Source: Haliotis cracherodii (Eukaryota). Taken from it: 64,000 nucleotides of DNA. Positions 36,941-50,620 of the stretch are shown in pieces. The stretch's first letter is position 1. Every line of letters begins with the position of its first letter. The stretch is taken from positions 2,232,001 to 2,296,000 of the forward strand of contig NW_027266280.1 of the NCBI RefSeq assembly GCF_022045235.1, given 5' to 3'. Under the pieces are notes generated by a model. That model was given only the letters and a program-made list of their open reading frames with translations. It made no database searches and had not been told where the DNA came from. The translations under genes were made by a program, and so were the position numbers.

Positions 36941-39937
36941 CAGAAGGTAGGCAGTATCACCTATATTCCCAGTCATTTATTGTATAACGACCCCTACCAC
37001 ACTGTCTATGTGATAAACAGTAGGGGTTATTGACCTGTGGATATACACCACGCGAAGGGACAGTGTTTCCCAACTTTACGCATGTTAGGAAATCAACGCG
37101 TCATCCGAGGCCCACAAGATCAACGTTTGAAATGTACGCATTATTAGGCTGCCAAATTTACACTGAAAGAGCATTCGAGTCACTGTGAACATACATGACA
37201 GAAGTGTGTAAATATGGCCATCGTTTTCATGTATTGTCTAACGTGTGAAATAATCATAAACTCTGTTCACAGATGATACAGATTTAATAACTCTTAAAAT
37301 CGTGTATGACAAGATTTAGATTAAGTATATATTTAAATGTTTCGATCATATGCCTGCGTTATATTGATCATTAATATATTGGCTAGGTAGTGTGCAGAGG
37401 TAATTTCTAACATATGGCGAGGTGATCCACTTTACCACAGATCGTTGACATTTCCCGTGTATGCTGAGTATTTGTTAACACTTAGCGCAGAGTCGATTGT
37501 ACAATTCCGACTATAACATGAGCATATGTTTATGAATCACTATCAATAAGTAATGATGCCAGGTGTTCGCGAAAATGTATCCTGCCCCACCGGGGGCACC
37601 CGTCACAAACACATGCAGTGCAGTGCATAGCTTCGTAAGCTGTAAATACAAAAACATGTCGGACAGCTTTGACTACCATAAATGACTCGTTCTTAATGTA
37701 AATACAGAAAAATAGGGTCTGCAATTGCCAACAATTTTAAAGCCAATAGTCCATTTCGGAATCAATAGGATTCAAGCCCACTGACCTGTGATTCAGGACG
37801 TCGAGGGTTGGAAGGAGACAAGAAGTCTCAGCGAAACTTATCTGCCAAACAAGTACACGTTCGTTCAAAGGCCTATCAACTGCATTATTCTAACAGACAT
37901 TAGAAAGTCACTATCTGTGATCAGCGCATCGTGTGTTCGATGAAGGAAATACAGCCTCTGTCTGCCCAGATCTATGCATGTTTACTGAAATCAGATTGAC
38001 CAATGTTCTGTGATATAATTAATTACGGTACTGGAGCTACATGGCCGCCCATGGTTTCGAGGAAATGTCCGGGCCAATGTCNNNNNNNNNNNNNNNNNNN
38101 NNNNNNNNNNNNNNNNNNNNNNNNNNNNNNNNNNNNNNNNNNNNNNNNNNNNNNNNNNNNNNNNNNNNNNNNNNNNNNNNNNNNNNNNNNNNNNNNNNNN
38201 NNNNNNNNNNNNNNNNNNNNNNNNNNNNNNNNNNNNNNNNNNNNNNNNNNNNNNNNNNNNNNNNNNNNNNNNNAACGCTGGTGAATCCACGTCACACACA
38301 CTAAGAACGTGTACACTACTTGAATATTAACAATATTACATGAATCTTACTGAGCAGTTAGTTTATGTCTTTATGCTTATTCAGCAATATTGAAGCTATT
38401 CAGTTTAAGTATATACTTCAGTGTGAAAAATTGAGTTTTCTGAAGTTGAGAAAAGTGACATTTTCATAGCAGTGAACATAACACTTGATTTGTCACTGAT
38501 ATGAACACACCACTTTATCGGATTTATTGTACATACATAATTTTAAACATTGTTAAACAAATACTTTTATACACACGATAAATAAACAGGCATAGTGATT
38601 TTATTTGTTCTGTATCGATTGTGGCAATTATCTTTTTAAATGTATGCATATTTGCATTAGTTATACATGTATTTGGTAGACATGTAATTCTAATTTGAAT
38701 TGAAAGTAGCACATACAAGAAGAAAATGATATGCGTCCTCTATACCTCGATCACATAAAGGACAGTTTCTCATGCAGATATCGATGTTTTACAACCTACC
38801 TTCATTATTTCTAAACCGTAATAGCCCCACCTCTAAACCTCACTTAAATATTTCGAAGCTATAATTCGCTAATTGCATAAATATACTTTTCTGGTTGCCG
38901 ATTATTCTTATTGGTTTTTCAGGACAATACCCTTACTTTTGCTACATTAGAAAACAGCTGATATTTGAATAAGAGTCGGTGGGATAGCCTAGTGGTTAAA
39001 CCGTTCGCTCCTCACGCCGAAGACCCGGGTTTGATTCCTCACATGGGGAGAGAGAGGTGTAGCTTCATATGAAATACACGCCTAAAGTTAGAAATATAAG
39101 CAAATCTGGTCATGGCGTGCATTTCCTGCTGTATTTGCGTGTGTTTCCATGCTTTAAAATCCGGCTTTTGGTCCTGTGTTAGGTCAAGCACAAGCTTATC
39201 TGTCAGTCAATATCCGAAATGACTCTCGTGTGTGGTATCAGATGCGAGTGTCTAACATTGCGTTATGTCCCCAAGGAGGTTCATTCTCAGGACAACGACC
39301 CCCTGTGTCGTATGAAAACAAACTAGCAAAAAGTGAGGTCGTCGTCCGGCGAATATTTTAATCCGCCAATCTAGTTAAACAATGGGTATCGAGTGTTATT
39401 TTAACAACTCGAGCAAGTAAAAAAGTGAAAATGGATTTGAAACGACCGAAAGAAAGACAATAAGGGTGTCTTCTGTTGTTCAGCTCCTAGAAATCTTATC
39501 AGCTCAAAGATGTTGGGATGGGCTTTGCCGATGACTTTCTTTAAGCGTCCATTCCATCCCTCCAGGTGGTTATTGCCATAAGAAATGCAATATCTTAATA
39601 CGTATTATACGTAATTACATTTGCATAAATACGTTTATCTCATACAGTAATCTAGTCTTTTTTACCTACAGTATCAATATTGATATTCTTATGAGGCCGT
39701 AATGCATACCTTAAAGTCCTGATTCACTGGTTCATGGTTATGAGGACTTGACTCTTTCGTCATGATGTCATTGACTGTCGATACTGTGGAACGACAGTCT
39801 TTGTTGGTGCACTTCCAAGAGATCCAGTCATTCCTCGTCCTTTTTCCAACTCGGTAGGTGTAGCCACCAGTACAAAGGTATCTACTGCCGCGTGCAGTTG
39901 GAAGAAACGTGTACTGTAACTGCACTGATGACAGACT

Positions 39938-42730
39938 ACCTTACTTACTTACTTTGGAGATTTAACGTGCGCTTTCCGACTGATGCGTATTTTGATTTGG
40001 TAGATTATAGTGTTTTTAGATGCGTTTTATTAGTTCCGTTTTGATTAAGAATACGCCTAAGGCCTTGAAGTTTTCTAGTTTATTTTGTGGATTTAGTATT
40101 GCTTCTAGAGTGAGAGCCTTGTTTAGATTGAGGGTGGTTTGTAATGCGGTTCGATGTGTTAGGTAATGTGTGCAGTGGATGAGTGCGTGTTCTGGGGTTT
40201 CTAGTTGTTTGCAGTGTGGGCAGTTACCTGTAGTGTGTTTTTTTATAAAAATTTAGGTGGTTATTTAGGTTGGTGTGTCCTGTTTGGAGTTTAGTGATTA
40301 CTCTGTCGATTTTTTTTGATGGATGGAGAATTTTTGGTTTGGTTTGTGGTTTGCTGAGTACTTTTTTGATTTGGCTATTTGAGTTTAGATATAGGTTATG
40401 CCATTTTTTGGTGATTTTTACTTACTTACTTACTTACTTTGGAGATTTAACGTGCGCTTTCCGACTATTGCGTATTTCGCACACGGGCCCGGCCAGGCCA
40501 TTTAATGTGTTTCCGAAAGGGGCGAGGGTGGTCTGTGCAACCCAAGAGGGGGCTTTAGGGGTTGCTTATATAGAATTTGGGAATTTTGAGATTTGGAATA
40601 GATGCCGATGGGGTTGGTGAGGAGAACTAAGGGAGCTGGGTATGGTGGATGATTGTTTGTTTATGTGATTTTGATTTGGTAGGTTATTATGGTTTTAGAT
40701 GCGTTTTATTAGTTCCGTTTTGATTAAAAATACGCCTAAGGCCTTGAAGTTTTCTAGTTTATTTTGTGGGTTTAGTATTGCTTCTAGAGTGAGAGCCTTG
40801 TTTGGATTGAGGGTGGTTTGTAATGCGGTTCGATGTGTGAGGTAGTGTGTGCAGTGGATGAGTGCGTGTTCTGGGGTTTCTGGTTGTTTGCAGTGTGGGC
40901 AGTTACCTGTAGTGTGTTTTTTTATTTTTTTTAGGTGGTTATTTAGGTTGGTGTGTCCTGTTTGGAGTTTAGTGATTACTCTGTCGATTTTTTTGATGGA
41001 TGGAGAATTTTTGGTTTGGTTAGTGGTTTGCTGAGCACTCTTTTGATTTGGCTATTTGAGTTTAGATATAGGTTATGCCATTTTTTTGGTGATTTTTTGT
41101 TTGTTTACACTTTTAATTTCTGATTTTGAGATGGGTAAGTTTAAGCTTATTTCTGGGATTTTGAGGGATAGTTTAGCTGCTTTATCGGCGTTTTCATTAC
41201 CGTATATTCCTACGTGGGCGGGTATCCACAAGAAGGTTATTTGTTTGCCTGCCTTAGTTAAGTCGTTGGAGCTTTTAAGTATTTGATTTATTAATTTAGG
41301 TCGGTTTTTGGTATTTTTGTTTTGGAGGGCTTGTAGTCCACTTAGGGAGTCAGTAAGTATTAGGATTTTTTGGTTGTTTTTGGATTCTTGATTGTGGAGG
41401 GCTGAGGCCATGCCCATTAGTTCTGCCGTGAATATTGATTGGTTATTTGGGAGTCGCAAGGATTGTGTGGTTTTAGTTGGTTGTGTGGTATGGACTCCGA
41501 AACCCGTGTGTTTGGAGGTCGGATCTGTGGATCCGTCCGTGTAAATGTGACACCAATTTGGCCAATTTTTGTGTATGTATGCTAGTGTGGTAGTTTTAGC
41601 TATGTTTGGGTCGGTTTGTTTATTTATTTGGCTAGCTAGTGTTGTGTCTATTTTGGGTATTTTAAGTTTAGGGGTGAAGATATTTGATTGTTTGCAGTTT
41701 TGTTTAAGATTTTTAATTTGGTGTTCATTTAGGTAGTTTGTTATTCTTTGGGATATTGGGGTAAGTAAGGGGTGTTTACGAGCTAGAGCTTGGTTTTTAG
41801 GGCTGATGTTTTGGTTTATTAAGTTTTGGATGAGAGGGTTTGATTGGGACGCGGCCCAGAAATTTAAGCTTAGCTGTTCCCTGCGTAGACTTAGTGGCAT
41901 TTCTCCTGTTAAGGCCTGAAGTGAGGCGTAGGAGGTGCCATGTTGGGTGCGTGTAATGAGTTTGAGAGCCTGATATTGTATTGAGTCAAGTTTTTTAGAT
42001 AGAGAGTTGTTTAGGGTGTTGTATATGGCGCAGCCGTAGTCTAGTTTTGATCTAATTAGGGATATGTAGAGAGAGAGGAGAGTATCTTTGGAGGCTCCCC
42101 AGTTAGAGCCAGTTAGGCATCTTAGGGTGTTTAGGTCTTTACTGCATTTAGTTGTTAGGTTTTGGATGTGAGCATCCCAGGTGAGATGTTCATCGAAACA
42201 TGAAGATGTTCATCGGTGATTTTTTGCTTGTTTACNNNNNNNNNNNNNNNNNNNNNNNNNNNNNNNNNNNNNNNNNNNNNNNNNNNNNNNNNNNNNNNNN
42301 NNNNNNNNNNNNNNNNNNNNNNNNNNNNNNNNNNNNNNNNNNNNNNNNNNNNNNNNNNNNNNNNNNNNNNNNNNNNNNNNCGCTTTCCGACTGATGCGTA
42401 TTTCGCACACGGGCCCGGCCAGGCCATTTAATGTGTTTCCGAAAGGGGCGAGGGTGGTCTGTGCAACCCAAGAGGGGGCTTTAGGGGTTGCTTATATAGA
42501 ATTTGGGAATTTTGAGATTTGGAATAGATGCCGATGGGGTTGGGGTGGAGAACTAAGGGAGCTGGGTATGGTGGATGATTGTTTGTTTATGTGATTTTGA
42601 TTTGGTAGGTTATTGTGTTTTTAGATGCGTTTTATGAGTTCCGTTTTGATTAAGAATACGCCTAAGGCCTTGAAGTTTTCTAGTTTATTTTGTGGGTTTA
42701 GTATTGCTTCTAGAGTGAGAGCCTTGTTTA
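39938..42730 (-). mobile_element. I/Nimb-like LINE, several tandem 5'-truncated 3' ends with (AGTA)n tails; gap 42236-42380
   Basis: TSD GATGACAGACT at 39927-39937 and 42731-42741; repeated 3' ends start at ~39938, ~40419 and ~42381. Confidence 0.85.
41073..42150 (-). pseudogene. LINE ORF2 C-terminal part with RNase H domain
   Basis: LRCLTGSNWGA..LIRSKLDYG, IYTDGS, SIFTAEL, ILTDSLS and WIPAHVGIYGNENADKAAK; CCHC finger (CKQPETPEHALIHC) downstream after a frameshift. Confidence 0.9.
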
Positions 42731-43244
42731 GATGACAGACTGCCATGTTTCGGAGATTTATAACAGAGTAACTGTTGAGTCAATCAGTTGAGTAAATGGT
42801 ACTCACTAGATTATCAAAATCAGAGTTCACCAATTCAGTGAACACATTTCAGTTTTTGACACTAACCAAGGAGTTAATCCCCTCCTAAAACAACACCACA
42901 CATCAAAGGCGTACCGGCGGTCGTCGTCCTGAGAATACCCCCCAAGGCGCCCCTTACCTATACTGAGTATGTTGTATAGATACCGATTACGCCCGTATGT
43001 AGTACATAGAAGCACGCGGTCGTTAGTTTACACACACTGAGGGAACGTGTCCTCACTCCAGCACTGACTTGACTGCATTGTGGGTAGTTGGGTGCGTGAC
43101 ACGATTCGGTGAGTACTAACACTCAGGAATGAGATTCATTCTGAAATATAAACGCAGTTGGAGGAGAACATAAAAGAACGAATTATTATCTTGATGACAC
43201 TGAAGGTTAATGTTACATCGCATGCGACAACGTCGACCACAGTG

Positions 43245-45497
43245 CGAACTGTACATACGTGGAGACCCTCCCTCACATCGTATACCTCAACGTCCAACAC
43301 AGCTGTACATACGTGGAGGCCCTCCCTCACATCGTATACCTCAACGTCCAACACAGTATGGGCTGTACATACATAGCTACTCTCCCTCACATCGTATACC
43401 TCAACGTCCAACACAGCTGTACATACATAGAGACCCTCCCTCACATCGTATACCCCCACGTCCAACACAGCTGTACATACGTGGAGGCCCTCACTCACAT
43501 CGTATACCTCAACGTCCAACACAGCTGTACATACATAAAGGTCCTCCCTCACATCGTATACCTCAACGTCCAACACAGTAGGGGCTGTACATACATAGAT
43601 ACTCTCCCTCACATCGTATACCTCAACGTCCAACACAGCTGTACATACATAGAGACCCTCCCTCACATCGTATACCCCCACGTCCAACACAGTTATACAT
43701 ACATAAAGTTCCTCCCTCACATCGTATACCTCAACGTCCAACACAGTAGGGGCTGTACATACATAGATACGCTCCCTCACATCGTATACCTCAACGTCCA
43801 ACACAGCTGTACATACATAAAGGCCCTCCCTCACATCGTATACCCCCACGTCCAACACAGCTATACATACATAAAGTTCCTCCCTCACATCGTATACCTC
43901 AACGTCCAACACAGTAGGGGCTGTACATACATAGATACTCTCCCTCACATCGTATACCTCAACGTCCAACACAGCTGTACATACATAAAGGCCCTCCCTC
44001 ACATCGTATACCTCAACGTCCAACACAGTAGGGGCTGTACATACATAGATACGCTCCCTCACATCGTATACCTCAACGTCCAACACAGCTATACATACAT
44101 AAAGGCCCTCCCTCACATCGTATACCTCAACGTCCAACACAGTAGGGGCTGTACATACATAGATACGCTCCCTCACATCGTATACCTCAACGTCCAACAC
44201 AGCTGTACATACATAAAGGCCCTCCCTCACATCGTATACCTCAACGTCCAACACAGTAGGGGCTGTACATACATAGATACGCTCCCTCACATCGTATACC
44301 TCAACGTCCAACACAGCTGTACATACATAAAGGCCCTCCCTCACATCGTATACCTCAACGTCCAACACAGTAGGCGCTGTACATACATAGATACGCTCCC
44401 TCACATCGTATACCTCAACGTCCAACACAGCTGTACATACATAAAGGCCCTCCCTCACATCGTATACCTCTACGTCCAACACAGTAGGGGCTGTACATAC
44501 ATAGATACTCTCCCTCACATCGTATACCCCCACGCCCAACACAGCTATACATACATAAAGGCCCTCCCTCACATCGTATACCTCAACGTCCAACACAGCT
44601 ATACATACATAAAGTTCCTCCCTCACATCGTATACCTCAACGTCCAACACAGTAGGGGCTGTACATACATAGATACTCTCCCTCACATCGTATACCTCAA
44701 CGTCCAACACAGCTGTACATACATAAAGGCCCTCCATCACATCGTATACCCCCACGTCCAACACAGCTATACATACATAAAGTTCCTCCCTCACATCGTA
44801 TACCTCAACGTCCAACACAGTAGGGGCTGTACATACATAGATACTCTCCCTCACATCGTATACCCCCACGTCCAACACAGCTATACATACATAAAGTTCC
44901 TCCCTCACATCGTATACCTCAACGTCCAACACAGTAGGGGCTGTACATACATAGATACTCTCCCTCACATCGTATACCTCAACGTCCAACACAGCTGTAC
45001 ATACATAAAGGCCCTCCCTCACATCGTATACCTCAACGTCCAACACAGTAGGGGCTGTACATACATAGATACGCTCCCTCACATCGTATACCTCAACGTC
45101 CAACACAGCTGTACATACATAAAGGCCCTCCCTCACATCGTATACCTCAACGTCCAACACAGTAGGGGCTGTACATACATAGATACGCTCCCTCACATCG
45201 TATACCTCAACGTCCAACACAGCTATACATACATAAAGGCCCTCCCTCACATCGTATACCTCAACGTCCAACACAGTAGGGGCTGTACATACATAGATAC
45301 GCTCCCTCACATCGTATACCTCAACGTCCAACACAGCTGTACATACATAAAGGCCCTCCCTCACATCGTATACCTCAACGTCCAACAGAGCTGTACATAC
45401 ATAAAGGTCCTCCCTCACATAGTATACCCCCACGTCCAACACAGCTATACATACATAAAGGCTCTCCCTCACATCGTATACCCCCACGTCCAACACA
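43245..45497. repeat. 54/60-bp minisatellite (~40 units) with alternating higher-order structure
   Basis: Unit CTGTACATACATAAAGGCCCTCCCTCACATCGTATACCTCAACGTCCAACACAG, with or without TAGGGG. Confidence 0.95.
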
Positions 45498-46900
45498 CCG
45501 CGCCCCCCGGCGAATTTATACCGGTACAGTTCCGCCCCTCTCGAAATAAACTCTCCCCCGACCTACGAAATACCCCCCCCCCGAATATTCCTCCTCTTTC
45601 TCCCCCCCCCCCCCCCCCCCCCCCCCCCCAACCGGTCGTTTTATACATACTTGTGTTTGGCTTTTGTTGGGATATAAGTGGTACAAAAGTGTTCTCCTAT
45701 TTGTAGCTTCTACAGGGTTAGCTACCAATCAAACCCTAGAATATTTTCTCCCCCCGATTATTTATACAGACGTGTCATGCAGTTCAATAATTTTAGGTGT
45801 ATTAAATGCTAATGCTATGCAGTGTCTGTGTGGTATTTTGTTATAGACCTAAATACTAGATAAGGAAATGTATGTGGTAAGAATGTGTTCAGATGTTTGT
45901 AGATTCCCGTCGTCTAGCTACAAATCCGGTGATGTAATTATGGTTGAAGAATTTTGAACTGAACTGTCCGAAAGTTTATATCTAACATTTTGGAATTGAA
46001 TACAGTGATAAAGTCTTATATCAATATGTGGACTCATAAATATTGGTTTTATGTTTTAACGGAGATATGATATTTTCTTATGAAATATCGCGTAATAGTG
46101 TAATATCAGTCAATCGGGTGAGAAAACAGCCCAATCTTCGCTCTATATAAAGGACTATGTCAATCATTTTGCAAGTTGAAATGACCCCTGATACTTTATG
46201 AATACTTTATGACAGTTTATGGAGTAAACATCAATGCTGATTAGTCAACCGCTATGCAATTTTATTTTTCAAAGGAAATTAGGCCTTATTCTGTAAAATA
46301 TCTAAATATACATTTAGTTACTTGTATGTGTGGGGGTGTTTAACGGAAACCTGGTTGCACCATGATATTCTAGCCACTGATACCATTTTCAAATCGTAGC
46401 CTGTATTAAGGAATATATTTCAGATCTTAAATCAGAGTATAACGGACAGTCTGAGCTGGAGGCGCGCGTGGATATGTTGACAGTTTTCACGTAGTTAGTG
46501 TTAAAACCGAATGTTTGCGAGGAATAATAGGATTTCTGAATTCAGTTACAACAGTAACCGTACATGTAATTGTTACATTAAGTCATTTCATTCAAATTTG
46601 TTTGGTATGATTATGTCTTATAATTATTTTAGGATGGAAGATACAGTTACCAAATACATTACGCTAAAATATCAATTCAGTATGACCATATTTCATAATC
46701 TATTTTTTAAAGTAACCCTCCTTACATTAAAGATATCTATTCAAAGAATATAGTACATAAAGACATTGCAACAAACCGAATAATCAGGGGGTGACTTAAT
46801 ACTAAGGGGGGCGCGAAATATATCCGCCCGAGGGAGATTTTATTTCAGAACAGATTCTCCGGGGGGAGAATTTGTACGGGGGAGAGTTTATACCGGGACA
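45498..46900. mobile_element. Possible non-autonomous DNA transposon with repetitive inverted subtermini
   Basis: CGCGCCCCCC and ATAAACTCTCCCC at left versus GGGGGGCGCG and GGGGAGAGTTTAT at right; AT-rich interior. Confidence 0.5.
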
Positions 46901-47293
46901 TCGTCAACACTGCCAAGCACATTTGGAAATCCTAAATAAAGTAATTCATTAAATATTAGCAGTGATCTGAGCATACTTGTGGAACTGAAGCAGAGCAATG
47001 TAGTTTCATCACTTTTAGCACGAATACGGTAAAGTAAATTATAGCTGTCGCTAGTGTCGTGTTCTAAATTTAGATCAAAGTGGCTGCCTCCGGAGACTCG
47101 GGGAAAACACCGTATGTATCGGTATGTATCGATCTTAACGTGTATGTGTTTATTCAGAGTGTTATATTAATGCTCAAATGTGAATATTGGGTGTATTACT
47201 TACCGGCAATAGCATGGAAGGCACGTTTCACGTCATGTGATCTTTGGTCTGTCGGGAAAGCAACGAAGCGAGACGACAGCCTACAGAGTAGCT

Positions 47294-47720
47294 CATTCGT
47301 GACCAACTCGTGATATTCCGGGACAAGCCGAATAGCAACACTTGCCCCTCTCATGGCCATTATTGCGACCGGGTTCCGTCTTAGTGCAAATGGGCATTTC
47401 TAAAATAATTGTCAACTCGTCGCGTTAGGTTTCACATATATTTCCCCATATATTATATATATATTTCAGATGCAATTTAAAGTACATATGGACATGCGGA
47501 ATTATACATTATGATTGAACACATTTAATTGTGCTTTGGGTATATCTTTTAGATGCAAGACGTATGTAAAATCAAAAATTATTTCTGAGGGATTCTTTGA
47601 CGAAGAACTTGAAATCATACGTGCATTCTGATTGGCTTGTCGTATTTTCGCACAGAACATTCATAGATAGGGGGGCGAGTCTTCTTGCATGTTACGGAAA
47701 GAGGCGAGTGGTGACGAATG
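47294..47720 (+). mobile_element. MITE (~430 bp), CATTCG...CGAATG termini, 10-bp TSD
   Basis: TSD CAGAGTAGCT at 47284-47293 and 47721-47730; an inverted second copy lies at 51533-51927. Confidence 0.85.
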
Positions 47721-48084
47721 CAGAGTAGCTCTGCCACTCGCCGGACAGCGGGACACACCTGCCGGCTGTTGCTTTGCTGATACAGAACGACTGAGCAACT
47801 AATAAGTGAAAAGCCCCAGTGGCAACAAACTGAAGGAATATCAAAACCTGAATAATAGGTGGAAGAGTGTGGGAACGCTGAGTGGGGTGTGCCAGTTCAT
47901 CACCGAGTAAGCCAACGATGAAAAAAATGGTAGAACGATGAAATCTATTTCTCAAAGAGCTCTTCGTCCTTGTACAGATCAAAAGGGTTGAATCGGTCTC
48001 GAAATGTCCGATGAATTGCTATTTTGTCCTTTTTAGCCCTTAGGCGACGCATGAGGCGAACAACCTCCGCCATCTTTCTTGCTA

Positions 48085-48270
48085 CAAATTGTGTCTTAAG
48101 TCTATTCACGGGCAGTCTTAGGAATTAAGATCAAATTTTGTCTTAGACTTAAGATATTCTCAGTGATTGAGCTTCGCTATCCCCGATTTAAGACAGAATT
48201 TTGTCTTAAGTCTAAATCTTAAGAGTTAAGACAAAATATGGTCTTTAGTTAGTTTCATGATCCCGGGGCC
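48085..48270. mobile_element. Partial MITE with CTTAAG-rich internal repeats
   Basis: Repeated TTAAGAC/GTCTTAAG motifs ending TTTCATGATCCCGGGGCC. Confidence 0.5.
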
Positions 48271-48585
48271 AGGCCTTCGCGAAAAGGTGAGCGCATCTTG
48301 CCCAAACGGTGGCACCCGTCATAAACACATGCAAAGGCAAATCAATTGTTCACCTGGAAAAAAAAGCACGGGGACATGTGGTACAAGTCAAAATAGGGAC
48401 ATCACTGTCACTGATGCGTAAAGTTTGGAAATCTGAAGGGCATTAAACCAAACTCGCTCACTCACGCATTTGCAAGAACCCCAAACCAAGACTGAGTCGT
48501 TGTACAAATAACCCCTGTAACAGTAAATGCGGTGATAATAGCTTTCGTGTTGCTTATCTTTTGCAGTTCTTCTTCCACATCCGCT

Positions 48586-50085
48586 ATGACGTCATCACAT
48601 GTGCGTGTGTGTCTGATGCTGCTTGGTCTTCCTGGGCTGGAGGCGGCCAACATTCTATTCTTTATGTTCCCATCTTACAGTCATATCAGCGGGCCTCTGG
48701 TGGTGGCGAGGGAATTGGCGGAGCGAGGTCACGTGGTATGGAATGCTCTTCCAACAGAATTGGCCAATCACAAGGCTCTACAGTCTCCCGGAGTCAGCAT
48801 CTTACATTACAAATCACTGGACAACTTCAACATTGAAGAAGAGATGCACAGATATGTTGAGTCAAAGGATATGTCAATGATTTTTGATGCAAGCAAGAAA
48901 GCATGTGACTTGATCTTAAGGGATGGACAGCTTCTAGGACATATGAGAGGAATGAAGTTTGACTTGATAATATTTGATTCCACGCCTTTACCGAAAATGT
49001 TAACTATCCTAGCCTATAAGTTAGATGTACCTTTCGCATTCGTAGCTGCAGTGTTTGAACCTCAAGCCAGTCGTACACCTTTCAACCCTTCCAGTACTCC
49101 ATTCCCTATCTACCCATGGTCTCCAGAAATGAAATTCTCGGCAAGATTTGCCAACGTCCTATTCATGTTAGGTTGGTACATCTATAACCCTTTCTCCTAC
49201 TATGGAGCTGTCGCGACCTACGCCCCAGAGAAGCCTGACTTGACCTTGGAGGCTCTCATTGCTAAAGGTTCCCTCTGGCTTATTTCACAGGAGCCCCTTG
49301 CTGATTATCCCAGAGCCACGTTACCTAATGTGAAACACATAGGATCTCTATCAGCAAGCAATGTAAATCCACTTCCGGACAAATACAAGAAGTTTATGGA
49401 GGTAGCAAAAGATGGTGTGGTCATCGTTTCTTTTGGAAGTAATGTGAAACATCTCCCAATTGGTGTCGCCAAAAAACTCGTTGATGCTTTTTCACGTACA
49501 AAATACAGGTATATTTTCAAGACTGATGAGACAATCAGTGTAGGACCGAATATTCTCTTAACAGATTGGATGCCACAGTCGGATTTACTCGCCCATCCGA
49601 ATACTAAACTGTTTATCACCCACTGTGGAGCCAATGGTCAGAGCGAGGCTTTCTTGAACGGAGTTCCAATGATTGGATACCCGATATTTGCTGAGCAGCC
49701 TTCTAATGCATTGAAACTGGAGTACTTTGGATTCGGCCTCAGCATGGATATAGAATCGTTTACTGTGGAGGATTTAGTATCCAATATAAATGAAGTTATC
49801 CAGAATTCTTCCTACTCACAGAAAATCAAGAAAGCTGCGGAAATCACGAAGCTTCGAAAAAGAAGTCCCAAAGATGAAGCTGTTTACTGGATAGAACACG
49901 TTCTCACATATGGCGGCGCCCATCTGAGGTCGTATTGTCAGGACATCCCGTTGTATCAGTATTTGTGTCTGGACGTCATCGGGCTTGTCGTATTCTTCCT
50001 CCATGTGTGTATTTTCCTTATATGGAAGTCGTGCGGCTACTGTTATAGAACTATTGCTCATAGACCAAAGGAAAAACTTCAGTAA
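48586..50085 (+). CDS. UDP-glycosyltransferase, copy 4, 499 aa
   Basis: Acceptor cttatcttttgcag at 48566 and ATG 48586. SHI, FDLIIFD, PIFAEQ, TM helix, KEKLQ; AATAAA at ~50116. Confidence 0.97.
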   Translation: MTSSHVRVCLMLLGLPGLEAANILFFMFPSYSHISGPLVVARELAERGHVVWNALPTELANHKALQSPGVSILHYKSLDNFNIEEEMHRYVESKDMSMIFDASKKACDLILRDGQLLGHMRGMKFDLIIFDSTPLPKMLTILAYKLDVPFAFVAAVFEPQASRTPFNPSSTPFPIYPWSPEMKFSARFANVLFMLGWYIYNPFSYYGAVATYAPEKPDLTLEALIAKGSLWLISQEPLADYPRATLPNVKHIGSLSASNVNPLPDKYKKFMEVAKDGVVIVSFGSNVKHLPIGVAKKLVDAFSRTKYRYIFKTDETISVGPNILLTDWMPQSDLLAHPNTKLFITHCGANGQSEAFLNGVPMIGYPIFAEQPSNALKLEYFGFGLSMDIESFTVEDLVSNINEVIQNSSYSQKIKKAAEITKLRKRSPKDEAVYWIEHVLTYGGAHLRSYCQDIPLYQYLCLDVIGLVVFFLHVCIFLIWKSCGYCYRTIAHRPKEKLQ

Positions 50086-50229
50086 TTCTTCACATTTGTT
50101 AGATTACCAATTCTGAATAAATGACGAATAACTGTGAAAACGCCGAAACCTAAATATAAATATGTTCACCTGTGTTACATGCTAAAGTACTGCCAGAAAG
50201 CAAGACAAAATATTAACTCCCTAAGATCT

Positions 50230-50620
50230 TTAGGTTCAAATAGTTATCATCTTCATCCAATTTCAAGCGTGGCTCAAAATGATACTCAAAACCAGCCTTT
50301 ATGGATGTGAATCACGCAGTAAACTTTCGAAAGAGTGCATGCTCTGTAATAGGAAGGCTTTGGAATATGACAGCCACATTATTTTACATTGTGAAGCGCT
50401 TATATCAGAAGGAAATGCGTTTTTTCTTCTCCCATTGACTTACTTGACGTTCAAAAATATGTTTATTTTGAAATGCAAGACGAAAGAGATATGTTACCAT
50501 TCTTATTTGGGGCTGAAACAAAATTTTCTCACAATCTGGATCAACACATCTGGGAAATTATCACATAATCACAATCACTATCACAATTCACCTCGTATCT
50601 GTACAAACTAAAGCATCTTT
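50230..50620 (+). pseudogene. Possible LINE 3'-end remnant (CCHC finger)
   Basis: CMLCNRKALEYDSHIILHC, followed by frameshifted AT-rich sequence. Confidence 0.45.

Larger units (their letters stand above)
39277..42939 (-). mobile_element. Internally deleted Mutator-like (MULE) element carrying a nested LINE
   Basis: TIR core ATTCTCAGGAC[A/G]ACGACC at both ends; flanking CCCCAAGG direct repeat. FLYWCH zinc finger (YTYR..WKC..C..HNH, 39689-39925) and MULE C-terminal motif NNHLEGWNGRLKK..HPNIFELI (~39490-39575). Confidence 0.8.
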
